A stretch of 64,000 bases of DNA, from positions 15,073-79,072 of the forward strand of contig JAPPPQ010000016.1 in assembly GCA_028817435.1 (NCBI GenBank), written 5' to 3'. Of this stretch, positions 18,305 to 26,311 are shown piece by piece (positions within the stretch are counted from its first letter, which is position 1; every line of letters begins with the position of its first letter). The position numbers were made by a program, and so were the translations under genes. Origin of the DNA: Deltaproteobacteria bacterium. Its GTDB lineage: Bacteria; Myxococcota_A; UBA9160; UBA6930. The notes under the pieces were generated by a model that saw only the letters and a list, made by a program, of their open reading frames with translations, made no database searches and was not told the origin of the DNA.

Positions 18305-19621
18305 TCAAGCGAGGAAGCGAATCCACAGGTAGCCCAGCGCCAGGAGCGCCATGAGAGCTGTTCCAGCGGCGCTCCAGTGCAGCATCCAGCCTGCGGGGCG
18401 GCGCTCGCGCGGAACATCGGCGCTGGCAATTGCCCGGTGGTTGAGAAATGCGAAGACCGGCGCAGTCAAAAAGGAGACCGTGGTGGCGAAGTCAATCAAT
18501 TCGCGGAAGCGCGCGCCGAACAATTTGAGCGCCACAATGCTGCCCGCGGCCAGCAGCACCAGGGCGATGCGCTGCGCGCGGGGGTCGGCCTCCCGCTCCG
18601 TCGCGATATTGGCGGGCGGCAGGGCCGCAGCGCCCGCGCGAAAGGCGGGGTTGCGCATGACGCCCGCCAGCGCCGCCAGCGTGCGCGGGTAGGCGTCCAG
18701 GGCCGTCAGCGTTGTGGAGAACACGACGGAAAAAGCGCCGAGCCCCACCAGCCTGCCGACTCCTGTGCCCAGAGTCTGCTCGTAGAGGCTCACGATTTGC
18801 TGGGAGAATGCCGGTGCGCCCGCGGCGAAAGTGACGCCCGAGCCGTGCATCAACCCCGCGCCCATGATCAGAAAACAGAAGGCGAAGAAGATGGTCGCCG
18901 CGTAGCCGATGTTGAAGTCCAGCGAGGACTGGTGCAGCGTGGGCGCATGGCCGGTGCTGCGCGCCTTGGCTTTGGTCCAGAGCGACTGCCACACGGCGGT
19001 GTCCAGAGGCGCTGGCATCCAGCCCATGAGAGCTGCGAGAAAGATGATGGTCGGCAGGGAAAAATCCGCAGGCCAGAGATCGCCCGGCCCGGAGAGAGAG
19101 ATGCGCGGCAGCACGATTGCGCTCGCCAAGAGTGTTGAAAAGGAAAGAAATGCGATGAGTGCTTTGATGGTCCAGTCGAGCAGCCGGAAGCGCCCCACCA
19201 CGAGCAGCACAGCGCCGGCGAGGACCAGCAGAGCGGCGAGATTGGAGGCGGAGAGGGAGACGCCCAGTGCTGTGCGGAGCAGGGCGGCGGAAACCAGGCT
19301 CACGGCGGCGACAGCGACGAACATCGTCGCCAGAGTCGCCAGCAAAAAGAGCGCGACGCCCAAATTTCCCTGCCGGCGGTAGCCGACGAGAATTGAGCGC
19401 CCCGTTGCGGCGGCGTATGCCGGGCCGAAGCGGAAGGCCGGATACTTGATCGCGTTGGCGGCGAGAATGAACGCCACGCAGCCGAACCCGTAGAGCGCAC
19501 CGGCGCGGGTTGACTGCACGAGGTGCGAGACGCCGATGGCGGCGCCCGCAAAGAGCAGGCCGGGGCCGAACGCCCTCCAAAAGCCCCCAGACCGCGCCGC
19601 CGCGCCCTGCTTTTCCGCCAT
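18305..19621 (-). CDS. NRAMP-family divalent metal cation transporter
   Basis: 438 aa, polytopic. FGPGLLFAGAAIGVSHLVQST resembles the NRAMP N-terminal consensus. Confidence 0.75.
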   Translation of the reverse strand: MAEKQGAAARSGGFWRAFGPGLLFAGAAIGVSHLVQSTRAGALYGFGCVAFILAANAIKYPAFRFGPAYAAATGRSILVGYRRQGNLGVALFLLATLATMFVAVAAVSLVSAALLRTALGVSLSASNLAALLVLAGAVLLVVGRFRLLDWTIKALIAFLSFSTLLASAIVLPRISLSGPGDLWPADFSLPTIIFLAALMGWMPAPLDTAVWQSLWTKAKARSTGHAPTLHQSSLDFNIGYAATIFFAFCFLIMGAGLMHGSGVTFAAGAPAFSQQIVSLYEQTLGTGVGRLVGLGAFSVVFSTTLTALDAYPRTLAALAGVMRNPAFRAGAAALPPANIATEREADPRAQRIALVLLAAGSIVALKLFGARFRELIDFATTVSFLTAPVFAFLNHRAIASADVPRERRPAGWMLHWSAAGTALMALLALGYLWIRFLA

Positions 19622-19757
19622 GAGATCCTCCTGTTTTTGCGCCGGAGAGCTTGCGTCCGCGCGCGCCGCTCAGTTAGGATTCGCGCTTGGCGCCGCGCCG
19701 CACAAGACGGTGCAAGAGCGCGGAATTCCCGAAACCCACAAAGCGGGGTGTTGTGAA

Positions 19758-20867
19758 ATGAGGTGGAACATCGGTGCGCCGCTGCTTGCGGCATTCGTAT
19801 TCGGGGCGGGCCTGCTCGGCGGCTGCGGGCAGTTGCCCGGCGGCGCAGCCTCGCCCATGAGCCAGCGCGAGGCCGTCGAGGAATCGCGCCGCCTGACGCC
19901 GGCGCCGCCGTGGCCTGCGGGCGACCAGCGCGGCATGGCCAACGCCCTCGGCCCGGGGGCGTGGATGCGCTGCGCCTGGCACCTGGGGCGGCCGGGCGCA
20001 AAATCCTATGAGCTTTCGCATGTCCGCTCCGAAACCATGCCACGCTCGCCCTTCGGCGTGCCCCTCGACTATACCTTCCGGCCCACTGCGGGGCTACCTT
20101 TTTCCCTCCATGCCTTTAACGGCGAGACGGTTTCCGGCGAGCCAGCGGCGCAGGGCACGCAGATGGACGCCATCGGCCACTTCGGCTTCCTGGATGCGCC
20201 CTGGAACGGGAAGGGCGATTTCCCGGCGGAGAAGGTGAAGTATTACGGCGGCTACACGCAGAGCGAGGTCAAGCCCTCGCCGGATTCGCCGCTCCTGAAA
20301 TTGGGGATTGAGCATGTGCCTCCCATTGTCACAAGCGCTGTGCTGCTCGACGCGCGGCGTCATCTGGGCGGCGGCGCGCCGCTGGCCGATGGGCAGGTGG
20401 TCAGCGCCGCAGACATTGAGGCCATGCTCCAGGCGCAGGGCCTCGCGTGGCGCGGCATTCTGCCCGGCGATGCGCTCTACATCTACACCGGCTGGGAGGA
20501 TCACTGGGCGGATCCGGACAAGCGGGGAATCTATTACACCCGCGGCCCCGGGCTCTCCTACGACGCGGTGAAATACATCGAGCAGAAGGCAGTCGTGCTG
20601 CTGGCAATGGACAACCCCTTCACCGATCCCGCGGCCGAGGGCATGATCCGCGGCGAAGCGCCGCCGGCAGAGGGCACGCCGCAGGGCCTGCCCTTTGCGA
20701 TTCATCACCACAATCTCACCCAGGCGGGCATTCACCAGATTCAGAACGCGCACCTCGCCGAACTCGCTCGCGACGAGGTGTGGACCTCCTGCACGATGAT
20801 TCTCCCGCTGCGGGTCAAGGGCGGATCGGGATCGCCGGTGCGCCCGGTGGCGATTGGCGCGGGCTGA
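19758..20867 (+). CDS. Putative cyclase / kynurenine-formamidase-fold protein with lipoprotein signal
   Basis: ATG 19758 gives MRWNIGAPLLAAFVFGAGLLGGCGQ (lipobox LLGGC). Core GTQMDAIGHFG, DALYIYTGW and PFAIHHHNL fit the cyclase (PF04199-like) pattern. Confidence 0.65.
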   Translation: MRWNIGAPLLAAFVFGAGLLGGCGQLPGGAASPMSQREAVEESRRLTPAPPWPAGDQRGMANALGPGAWMRCAWHLGRPGAKSYELSHVRSETMPRSPFGVPLDYTFRPTAGLPFSLHAFNGETVSGEPAAQGTQMDAIGHFGFLDAPWNGKGDFPAEKVKYYGGYTQSEVKPSPDSPLLKLGIEHVPPIVTSAVLLDARRHLGGGAPLADGQVVSAADIEAMLQAQGLAWRGILPGDALYIYTGWEDHWADPDKRGIYYTRGPGLSYDAVKYIEQKAVVLLAMDNPFTDPAAEGMIRGEAPPAEGTPQGLPFAIHHHNLTQAGIHQIQNAHLAELARDEVWTSCTMILPLRVKGGSGSPVRPVAIGAG

Positions 20868-20887
20868 GGGGCGTGTAAGATCGGGGC

Positions 20888-22219
20888 ATGGAGTCCCGCT
20901 ATGCGTTTTTGCCGGGTGGCGGCCCGGAGCTGCAGATTGCAGGGGCGGAGGGCTGCTTTCTGATCAGCGCGCAGGGGGCGCGGATTCTCGATGCGTCTGC
21001 AGGCGCCATCGTTTCCAACATTGGCCACGGGCGCGAGGAGGTGGTGTCTGCGGCGGCCCGCGCCATGGCGCAGAACACCTATGTGCTGCCGACTTTCGAG
21101 ACGCCCGAGCGTCTGCGCCTGGTGCAGCGCCTGCAGGATCGCTGGCTGCCGGGCGGCATTCGCCGTTGCCTGTTCACCTGCGGCGGTTCGGAATCGGTGG
21201 ATATGGCGATTCGCATTGCGCGGCAGCACTTCGTTTCCAAGGGCGAGCCGCAGCGCTTTCGGGTAATTGGCCGGGCGCTCTCTTACCACGGCACGACGCT
21301 CTCGGGACTCGATGCGGGCGGGCACGAGAAGCGCCGCCGCGGTTTCGCGCCTTACTTTTCCGGCTCGCCCAAGTTGCCCGCCTGTTATCCGCTGCGCTGC
21401 GCGCATTGCCGGGACACTTGCAATCTGCACTGCGCCGACGCGCTGGAAGACGCGCTGCAACAAGCGGATCCCGCAACCGTGGCTGCGGTGATTCTCGAAC
21501 CGGTGGGCGGCTCCACCGCCGGTGCGCTGGATCCGCCGCGGGAATATCTGCCGCGGGTCGCCGAGATTTGCCGCCGCCACGGCGCGCTGCTGATTGCCGA
21601 CGAGGTGATGTGCGGCTTCGGGCGCACGGGCGCGCGCTTTGCCGTGGAGCACTTTGCCGTCGTGCCCGATATTCTGGTGAGCGGCAAGGGGCTGGCCAGC
21701 GGTTATCTGCCCATGGGGGGCGTGTTCGTCTCCGATTTTGTGGTGGAGCCCATTGCCGCTCAGGGGGATGAGGTGATGTTCTACACCTTCTCCGCGCATC
21801 CGGCGGCGTGCGCCGCGGCAGACAAAGTGCTCGAAATTATGGAGCGCGAAGAGTTGGTGCAGCGCGCCGCGAAGCAGGGCGAAGCGCTGCGCGCGCGCTT
21901 GCAGCACGCCTTTGCCGATCACCCCCATGTGGCCGAGATTCGCGGGCGCGGAATGCTGCAGGCGCTGGAATTGGTGCGCGACCGCAGCACGCTCGCACCC
22001 TTCGATGCATCGCTGCGGCTGACGAGCCGGGTGGTGGCCGCCGGGCTGGCCAATGGCGCCTTCTTCTACCCCGGCGGCTCGGGCGCAGCGCAGGATGTCA
22101 TTTGCCTGGGCCCGCCGCTCGTCATTTCCGATGACGAACTCGACCTGCTCGTGGCGGTGCTGCGCAAGAGTGTGGATGAGGTGTTGAATTCCCATGACAT
22201 GGAAGGAGGACGAAAATGA
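20888..22219 (+). CDS. Class-III (omega) pyridoxal-phosphate aminotransferase
   Basis: 443 aa. GGSESVDMAIRIAR, LLIADEVMCGFGRTG, SGKGLASGYLPMGG (PLP Lys context). Confidence 0.85.
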   Translation: MESRYAFLPGGGPELQIAGAEGCFLISAQGARILDASAGAIVSNIGHGREEVVSAAARAMAQNTYVLPTFETPERLRLVQRLQDRWLPGGIRRCLFTCGGSESVDMAIRIARQHFVSKGEPQRFRVIGRALSYHGTTLSGLDAGGHEKRRRGFAPYFSGSPKLPACYPLRCAHCRDTCNLHCADALEDALQQADPATVAAVILEPVGGSTAGALDPPREYLPRVAEICRRHGALLIADEVMCGFGRTGARFAVEHFAVVPDILVSGKGLASGYLPMGGVFVSDFVVEPIAAQGDEVMFYTFSAHPAACAAADKVLEIMEREELVQRAAKQGEALRARLQHAFADHPHVAEIRGRGMLQALELVRDRSTLAPFDASLRLTSRVVAAGLANGAFFYPGGSGAAQDVICLGPPLVISDDELDLLVAVLRKSVDEVLNSHDMEGGRK

Positions 22220-23436
22220 GCGAGTGGATCCGCCATCACTGGAGCCGCCGGCCCTGGTGGATGAATTGGATGCTGCTGTTCTGCGCTTTCATGGCGCTCT
22301 GGTATGTGCCCTTCTTCGATCTGCTCATCAAGGATGTGGCGCGGGACGAAGAGGTGTGGTTTGGCTACCGCTTCGAGGGCGTTTGGGCCAAGCTCACGGC
22401 GGTTCCGCACTGGTTTGTCTATGCCGCGGGCATGGTGGGCTTTTGGGGTATGCGCCCGTGGATGCATCCTTGGGCGAGCCTTTACCTGGCGCAGGTGGCT
22501 TTTTCTTTTGTGGTGTTTCCCTTTGCCTATCGCGGGGAGGACCCGCTGCAGTTGCAGCTCGGCAGCGCGCTGGTTTCGGGCGTAGTGTGGGGCGGGCTCA
22601 CCTGGCTGATGTGGCGTTCGCGCGCGCGCTTCCAAAATGCGCGGGGCTCGCTGCGCGAGCGCTACGGCGATTGGGCCGTGGTGACCGGCGCATCTTCCGG
22701 CATTGGCGCGGAGTTTGCGCGGGCGCTGGCGCGGGATGGCATTTCTTTGGTGCTCTGCGCCCGGCGCGAACAGCGGCTGCGCGAGCTGGCGGCAGAGCTG
22801 CAGGCCGAGTGCGGCATTGAGGCGCGCGTGGTGGCCTGCGATTTGTCGCGGGATTCCGGCGTGCGCGCGCTGCTCTCTGCCGTGTCCGGACTCGATATCG
22901 CCATGCTGGTGAACAACGCCGGTGTGGGCTGCCAGGGCCGCTTCGATCTGCAGGATGCCGAGCGGCTGCGCGCCATGGTGCGGCTCAATTGCGAAGCCCC
23001 CGTGGTGCTCTGCGCCGCGCTGTTGCCAAAGCTGCGCGCGCGCGGGCGCGGCGCGCTGATCTTCACCGGCAGCGTTTCGGGAGCGCAGCCGCTGCCGCTG
23101 CACGCCCTTTACAGCGCCACCAAAGTCTTCGACAACTTTTTGGGCGAGGCGCTGTGGGGCGAGCTGCAGGGCAGCGGCGTGGATTGCCTGTCGCTGCAGC
23201 CCGGCGCCACCGAGAGCGAGTTTCAGCAGACCGCCGGCGCGCTGGTGCACCCCGGCGAGTCCGCGCGCAAGGTCGTCGCCGTCGCCCTCGACGCGCTGGG
23301 GCACCGCCCCGCCGCCATTTCCGGCGTCTTCAACTGGCTGCGCGCCAATGCCGGTATGCGGATTCTCCCCCGCAGCCTGCTGGCCCTCGCCGCCAAAAAG
23401 GTGATGGCGCGTCAGACTCCGCCCGCGCTGCGCTAA
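22216..23436 (+). CDS. SDR oxidoreductase with a ~150-aa N-terminal four-helix membrane domain
   Basis: ATGA overlap with the aminotransferase gene. N-terminus is Trp/Phe-rich and hydrophobic (WWMNWMLLFCAFMALWYVPFF ...). Then AVVTGASSGIGAEFA, NNAG, YSATKVF. Confidence 0.75.
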   Translation: MSEWIRHHWSRRPWWMNWMLLFCAFMALWYVPFFDLLIKDVARDEEVWFGYRFEGVWAKLTAVPHWFVYAAGMVGFWGMRPWMHPWASLYLAQVAFSFVVFPFAYRGEDPLQLQLGSALVSGVVWGGLTWLMWRSRARFQNARGSLRERYGDWAVVTGASSGIGAEFARALARDGISLVLCARREQRLRELAAELQAECGIEARVVACDLSRDSGVRALLSAVSGLDIAMLVNNAGVGCQGRFDLQDAERLRAMVRLNCEAPVVLCAALLPKLRARGRGALIFTGSVSGAQPLPLHALYSATKVFDNFLGEALWGELQGSGVDCLSLQPGATESEFQQTAGALVHPGESARKVVAVALDALGHRPAAISGVFNWLRANAGMRILPRSLLALAAKKVMARQTPPALR

Positions 23437-23437
23437 T

Positions 23438-23827
23438 TCAGCGGGCGCGCTCTTCGGGCGTGGCGGCGCGCATGGCGTCCATGCTCCAGTAGGCGCGCAT
23501 GCTCGCAATGCGCCCGTCGTCGTTGAAGCGCAGCACGCTGATGATGTCCAGCGCCTGCTGCCCTTCGGGACCGATCAGCGCGACGATGGGCATGGCGGAT
23601 TCGTGCCCCGCCACGCACGCCGGGCCGGCCTGCTTCAGCGCGGTGCTGCCGAGCACCGGCGCGTAGAAGGCGCGGATTGCGTCGTGGCCGCGCTGCAGTT
23701 CCGAGCCGATCGGATCCTCAATGGTGGCGTCCTCGGCGTAGAGCGCGAGAATGCCCTCCAGATCTCCGCCGGTGACGAGTTGGGGGTAGCGTTCGTGGGC
23801 CTTTCGAAGCTGGTCTGCAGAAGCCAT
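23438..23827 (-). CDS. SnoaL/ketosteroid-isomerase-like (NTF2-fold) protein
   Basis: 129 aa. GDLEGILALYAEDATIEDPIGS...GHDAIRAFY is a typical SnoaL-like N-terminus. Confidence 0.7.
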   Translation of the reverse strand: MASADQLRKAHERYPQLVTGGDLEGILALYAEDATIEDPIGSELQRGHDAIRAFYAPVLGSTALKQAGPACVAGHESAMPIVALIGPEGQQALDIISVLRFNDDGRIASMRAYWSMDAMRAATPEERAR

Positions 23828-23843
23828 GGTTTCCTCCCTGGTT

Positions 23844-24410
23844 TCAGTTGGTCACAATCTGCTGGGCCTGCAACTCGATCATCTGGCCGAGCGTGCCCAG
23901 TCCGGTGAAGGCGACATCGGTGGCGACGAATGCCTGGATCAGGTCGTTGGTCATGGAAAGGGCGTCGCCGGGCCGCACCACCAGGGGGCCTTCGACGCGC
24001 CCGCGCAGCGGCTCTTCCAAAGACTCGAGGCGCGCGATCACCTCTTCGATGGAATCGAAGCTCGGGTAGCGGATTCCGAAGTGCGGAATGCCGTGGGGGC
24101 GGGTGCGGCGCTTTTCCAAATAGCCCTTCAGGCCCTGGGCGAGATTCTCGTCCCGGCCAAGGGCCGCCTGCAACGCCTTCTCCAGCGCGGCCTGCTCGGG
24201 GCGGATCTCGGAGAGGTAGAGGACATTGTTGATGATGTCCGTGAACTCGGCGTCTACGAAGGCGAAGGCGTAGGTGTCGTGCAGCTTCGTTTCGACCTTG
24301 CAGCCCAGGGCGCGGAAGAACTCTCCCGCGAGCTCCCGCTCGCCGGGTTGGTAGAGCATTTCCACATGGTTCAGCAGAATTCCGGGGTAGCGTCCGACAG
24401 GCTCTTTCAT
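23844..24410 (-). CDS. Hypothetical protein, possibly VOC (glyoxalase/dioxygenase) fold
   Basis: ATG 24410 preceded by GAGGAG. LNHVEMLYQPGERELAGEFFRALGC resembles a VOC beta-alpha-beta start. No firm motif. Confidence 0.4.
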   Translation of the reverse strand: MKEPVGRYPGILLNHVEMLYQPGERELAGEFFRALGCKVETKLHDTYAFAFVDAEFTDIINNVLYLSEIRPEQAALEKALQAALGRDENLAQGLKGYLEKRRTRPHGIPHFGIRYPSFDSIEEVIARLESLEEPLRGRVEGPLVVRPGDALSMTNDLIQAFVATDVAFTGLGTLGQMIELQAQQIVTN

Positions 24411-24420
24411 GGTGTTCTCC

Positions 24421-25434
24421 TCAGGCGCTTCCAAGTCGCTTCTCGATGGGCTCGAGCAGCTCCTCGTTGGCCGTTTGTCCCAGGTGAATCAGCATGCGCC
24501 GCTGGCGTTCGAAATCCGCGACGCGCGCCGGCGGATACGCGGGCTCCTGCTTTTCGCGCTTCAGCAGCGCTTTCAGGGGCGCGACAATTGTGTCGTAGCG
24601 GGGGTGCTCGAAGTAGGCGAGGCTGAAGCGATCTTGCGCCGAGCTTTGCGGCGGGACGAGCACTTTGTGGCTCGTCGCAAGCCAGCGGTCATTGGTGTAG
24701 CGCTGCATCAGGTCGCCCACATTCACGATGAAGCTGTCGCGCACCGCCGGCACCTCGTTCCAGCGATTCTCCCGGTCGAGAAAGTAGAGATCGGTGCGCG
24801 AGTCGTCGAAGATGCGCAGGATGGTGTAGAGATCCACATCGTTGTGGGCCTGGATGCGGACGCCGCCCTCGGGCGGAACGCCGCCGCCCGGGTAGAGAAT
24901 GGCCGTTGCGGTGCCGGTGTTGCCATTCAGGTTTTCGGTGAAAGCGCCCGGCGCCAACTGCAGCGCCTCTTCGAGAATCACCGCGAGTTTGTGCGAGACA
25001 TCCTCTACGCAGCGGAAGTAGGCGCGGGCCGCCGACTCGAAAGCCGCGTGCTGCGGCGGAAAGCGGTTGTCCGGAAAGTGCGCGCGCCCCTCGCTGCTGC
25101 CGTAGTAGGGATCGTTCTCGTCGCGCTCCCAGGCGCCGAAGCTGAAGCGCTCCATGCCCATCACGCTGACCACGCCGCTGGGCAGGCCGAAGTAGCCGCG
25201 CGCCACCTCGGGAGTCATCGGCCGGGCCCACGCCTGCTTCTCGCTCTCGGGCTCGGCGAAGAAGTCCTCCGCCGTGCTGCGGACAGCGCCGAGAATCTCG
25301 CCGGGGACGCCGTGCCCGCAGAGCACGAAGGTTCCCACCGTCGAGAGCCCCTCGTCCGCGCTGCGCGCGAGCTCGCGGTCGCCGCGCAGTTCCTCCGCGC
25401 TGCGGCCCTTCAGGTCGAGGATCGGAATCTCCAT
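24421..25434 (-). CDS. 2-oxoglutarate/Fe(II)-dependent oxygenase (isopenicillin-N-synthase family)
   Basis: 337 aa. MEIPILDL N-terminus, facial triad context IQAHNDVDLYTIL ... SHKV, and RFSLAYF. Confidence 0.8.
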   Translation of the reverse strand: MEIPILDLKGRSAEELRGDRELARSADEGLSTVGTFVLCGHGVPGEILGAVRSTAEDFFAEPESEKQAWARPMTPEVARGYFGLPSGVVSVMGMERFSFGAWERDENDPYYGSSEGRAHFPDNRFPPQHAAFESAARAYFRCVEDVSHKLAVILEEALQLAPGAFTENLNGNTGTATAILYPGGGVPPEGGVRIQAHNDVDLYTILRIFDDSRTDLYFLDRENRWNEVPAVRDSFIVNVGDLMQRYTNDRWLATSHKVLVPPQSSAQDRFSLAYFEHPRYDTIVAPLKALLKREKQEPAYPPARVADFERQRRMLIHLGQTANEELLEPIEKRLGSA

Positions 25435-25447
25435 GGATGGCCCTCCT

Positions 25448-26311
25448 TCAGGAAGGGGCGAGAAAGCCGTGCCCGGCCTCGCTCATTGAGTATCGCACAC
25501 GCTCGGCCAGGTCGAGGCGCAGGCCGGCGGCCTGGGCGGTTTCGACGGCGAGCTCCAGATCTTTGGCGGGGATTGCGCGGCTGGCCGCGCGCCCCGCCTG
25601 CGACACCATGTCCCAGTGCGCCACGGCCCAGTTGGAGGCAGAGCTGGCGGAGAGAATCGCCGCGGCGTCCGCGCTGCCAATGCCCAGGCGGGCGAGCAGT
25701 TGCATGGTCTCGTGGGTGGCCTGCATCTGCACCAGGGCCAGCGCATTGGCCGCGAGCTTCACGGACTGGGCGTCGCCCACCGCGCCGACATGGAAGATTG
25801 CGCTGCCCGAAATCTCGAGCGCCTCGCGCACCTGCGCCAGCGCCTCGGGCTCGCATCCCACAAGGGTCGTGACTTCGCGCCGCGCCGCGCTCTGCGGCGC
25901 GCTGTCGGGCCCCGTTACCGGCGCATCCACCACGGCGACGCCTGCGCGCTGCGCCTCTTTGGCAATGGCCGCGCAGACCTGCGCCCCGACGGTGCTGTGA
26001 ATAATCACCGCCTGGCCGGGCCGCGCGCCGGCCAAAAATCCCTCTGCCGGATCCAGCAGAGCGGCCTCGAGCTGCTCCCCGGTCGCCACCGCCACCTGCA
26101 CCATATCCACCTCGCCCGCCAGCCCCCGCGCTGTCTCCGCCACCGCCGCCCCCGCCGCCTGGAGCCGCTGCACCGCCGCGCCATCCGGATCGCAGACCAC
26201 CACCGTCCGCCCATCCTCCAGCGCATTGCGCGCCATCGGCGCACCCACCGCCCCAAGCCCGAGAAACCCGAGCCGCAACTCACTGGAGTTCTTTTCCACA
26301 CGGTCCTGCAT
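25448..26311 (-). CDS. NAD(P)-dependent 3-hydroxyisobutyrate/6-phosphogluconate-dehydrogenase-like oxidoreductase
   Basis: The ATG at 26311 overlaps the receptor stop (TGATG). Contains LGFLGLGAVGAPMARN (Rossmann motif) and KLAANALAL. Confidence 0.75.
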   Translation of the reverse strand: MQDRVEKNSSELRLGFLGLGAVGAPMARNALEDGRTVVVCDPDGAAVQRLQAAGAAVAETARGLAGEVDMVQVAVATGEQLEAALLDPAEGFLAGARPGQAVIIHSTVGAQVCAAIAKEAQRAGVAVVDAPVTGPDSAPQSAARREVTTLVGCEPEALAQVREALEISGSAIFHVGAVGDAQSVKLAANALALVQMQATHETMQLLARLGIGSADAAAILSASSASNWAVAHWDMVSQAGRAASRAIPAKDLELAVETAQAAGLRLDLAERVRYSMSEAGHGFLAPS

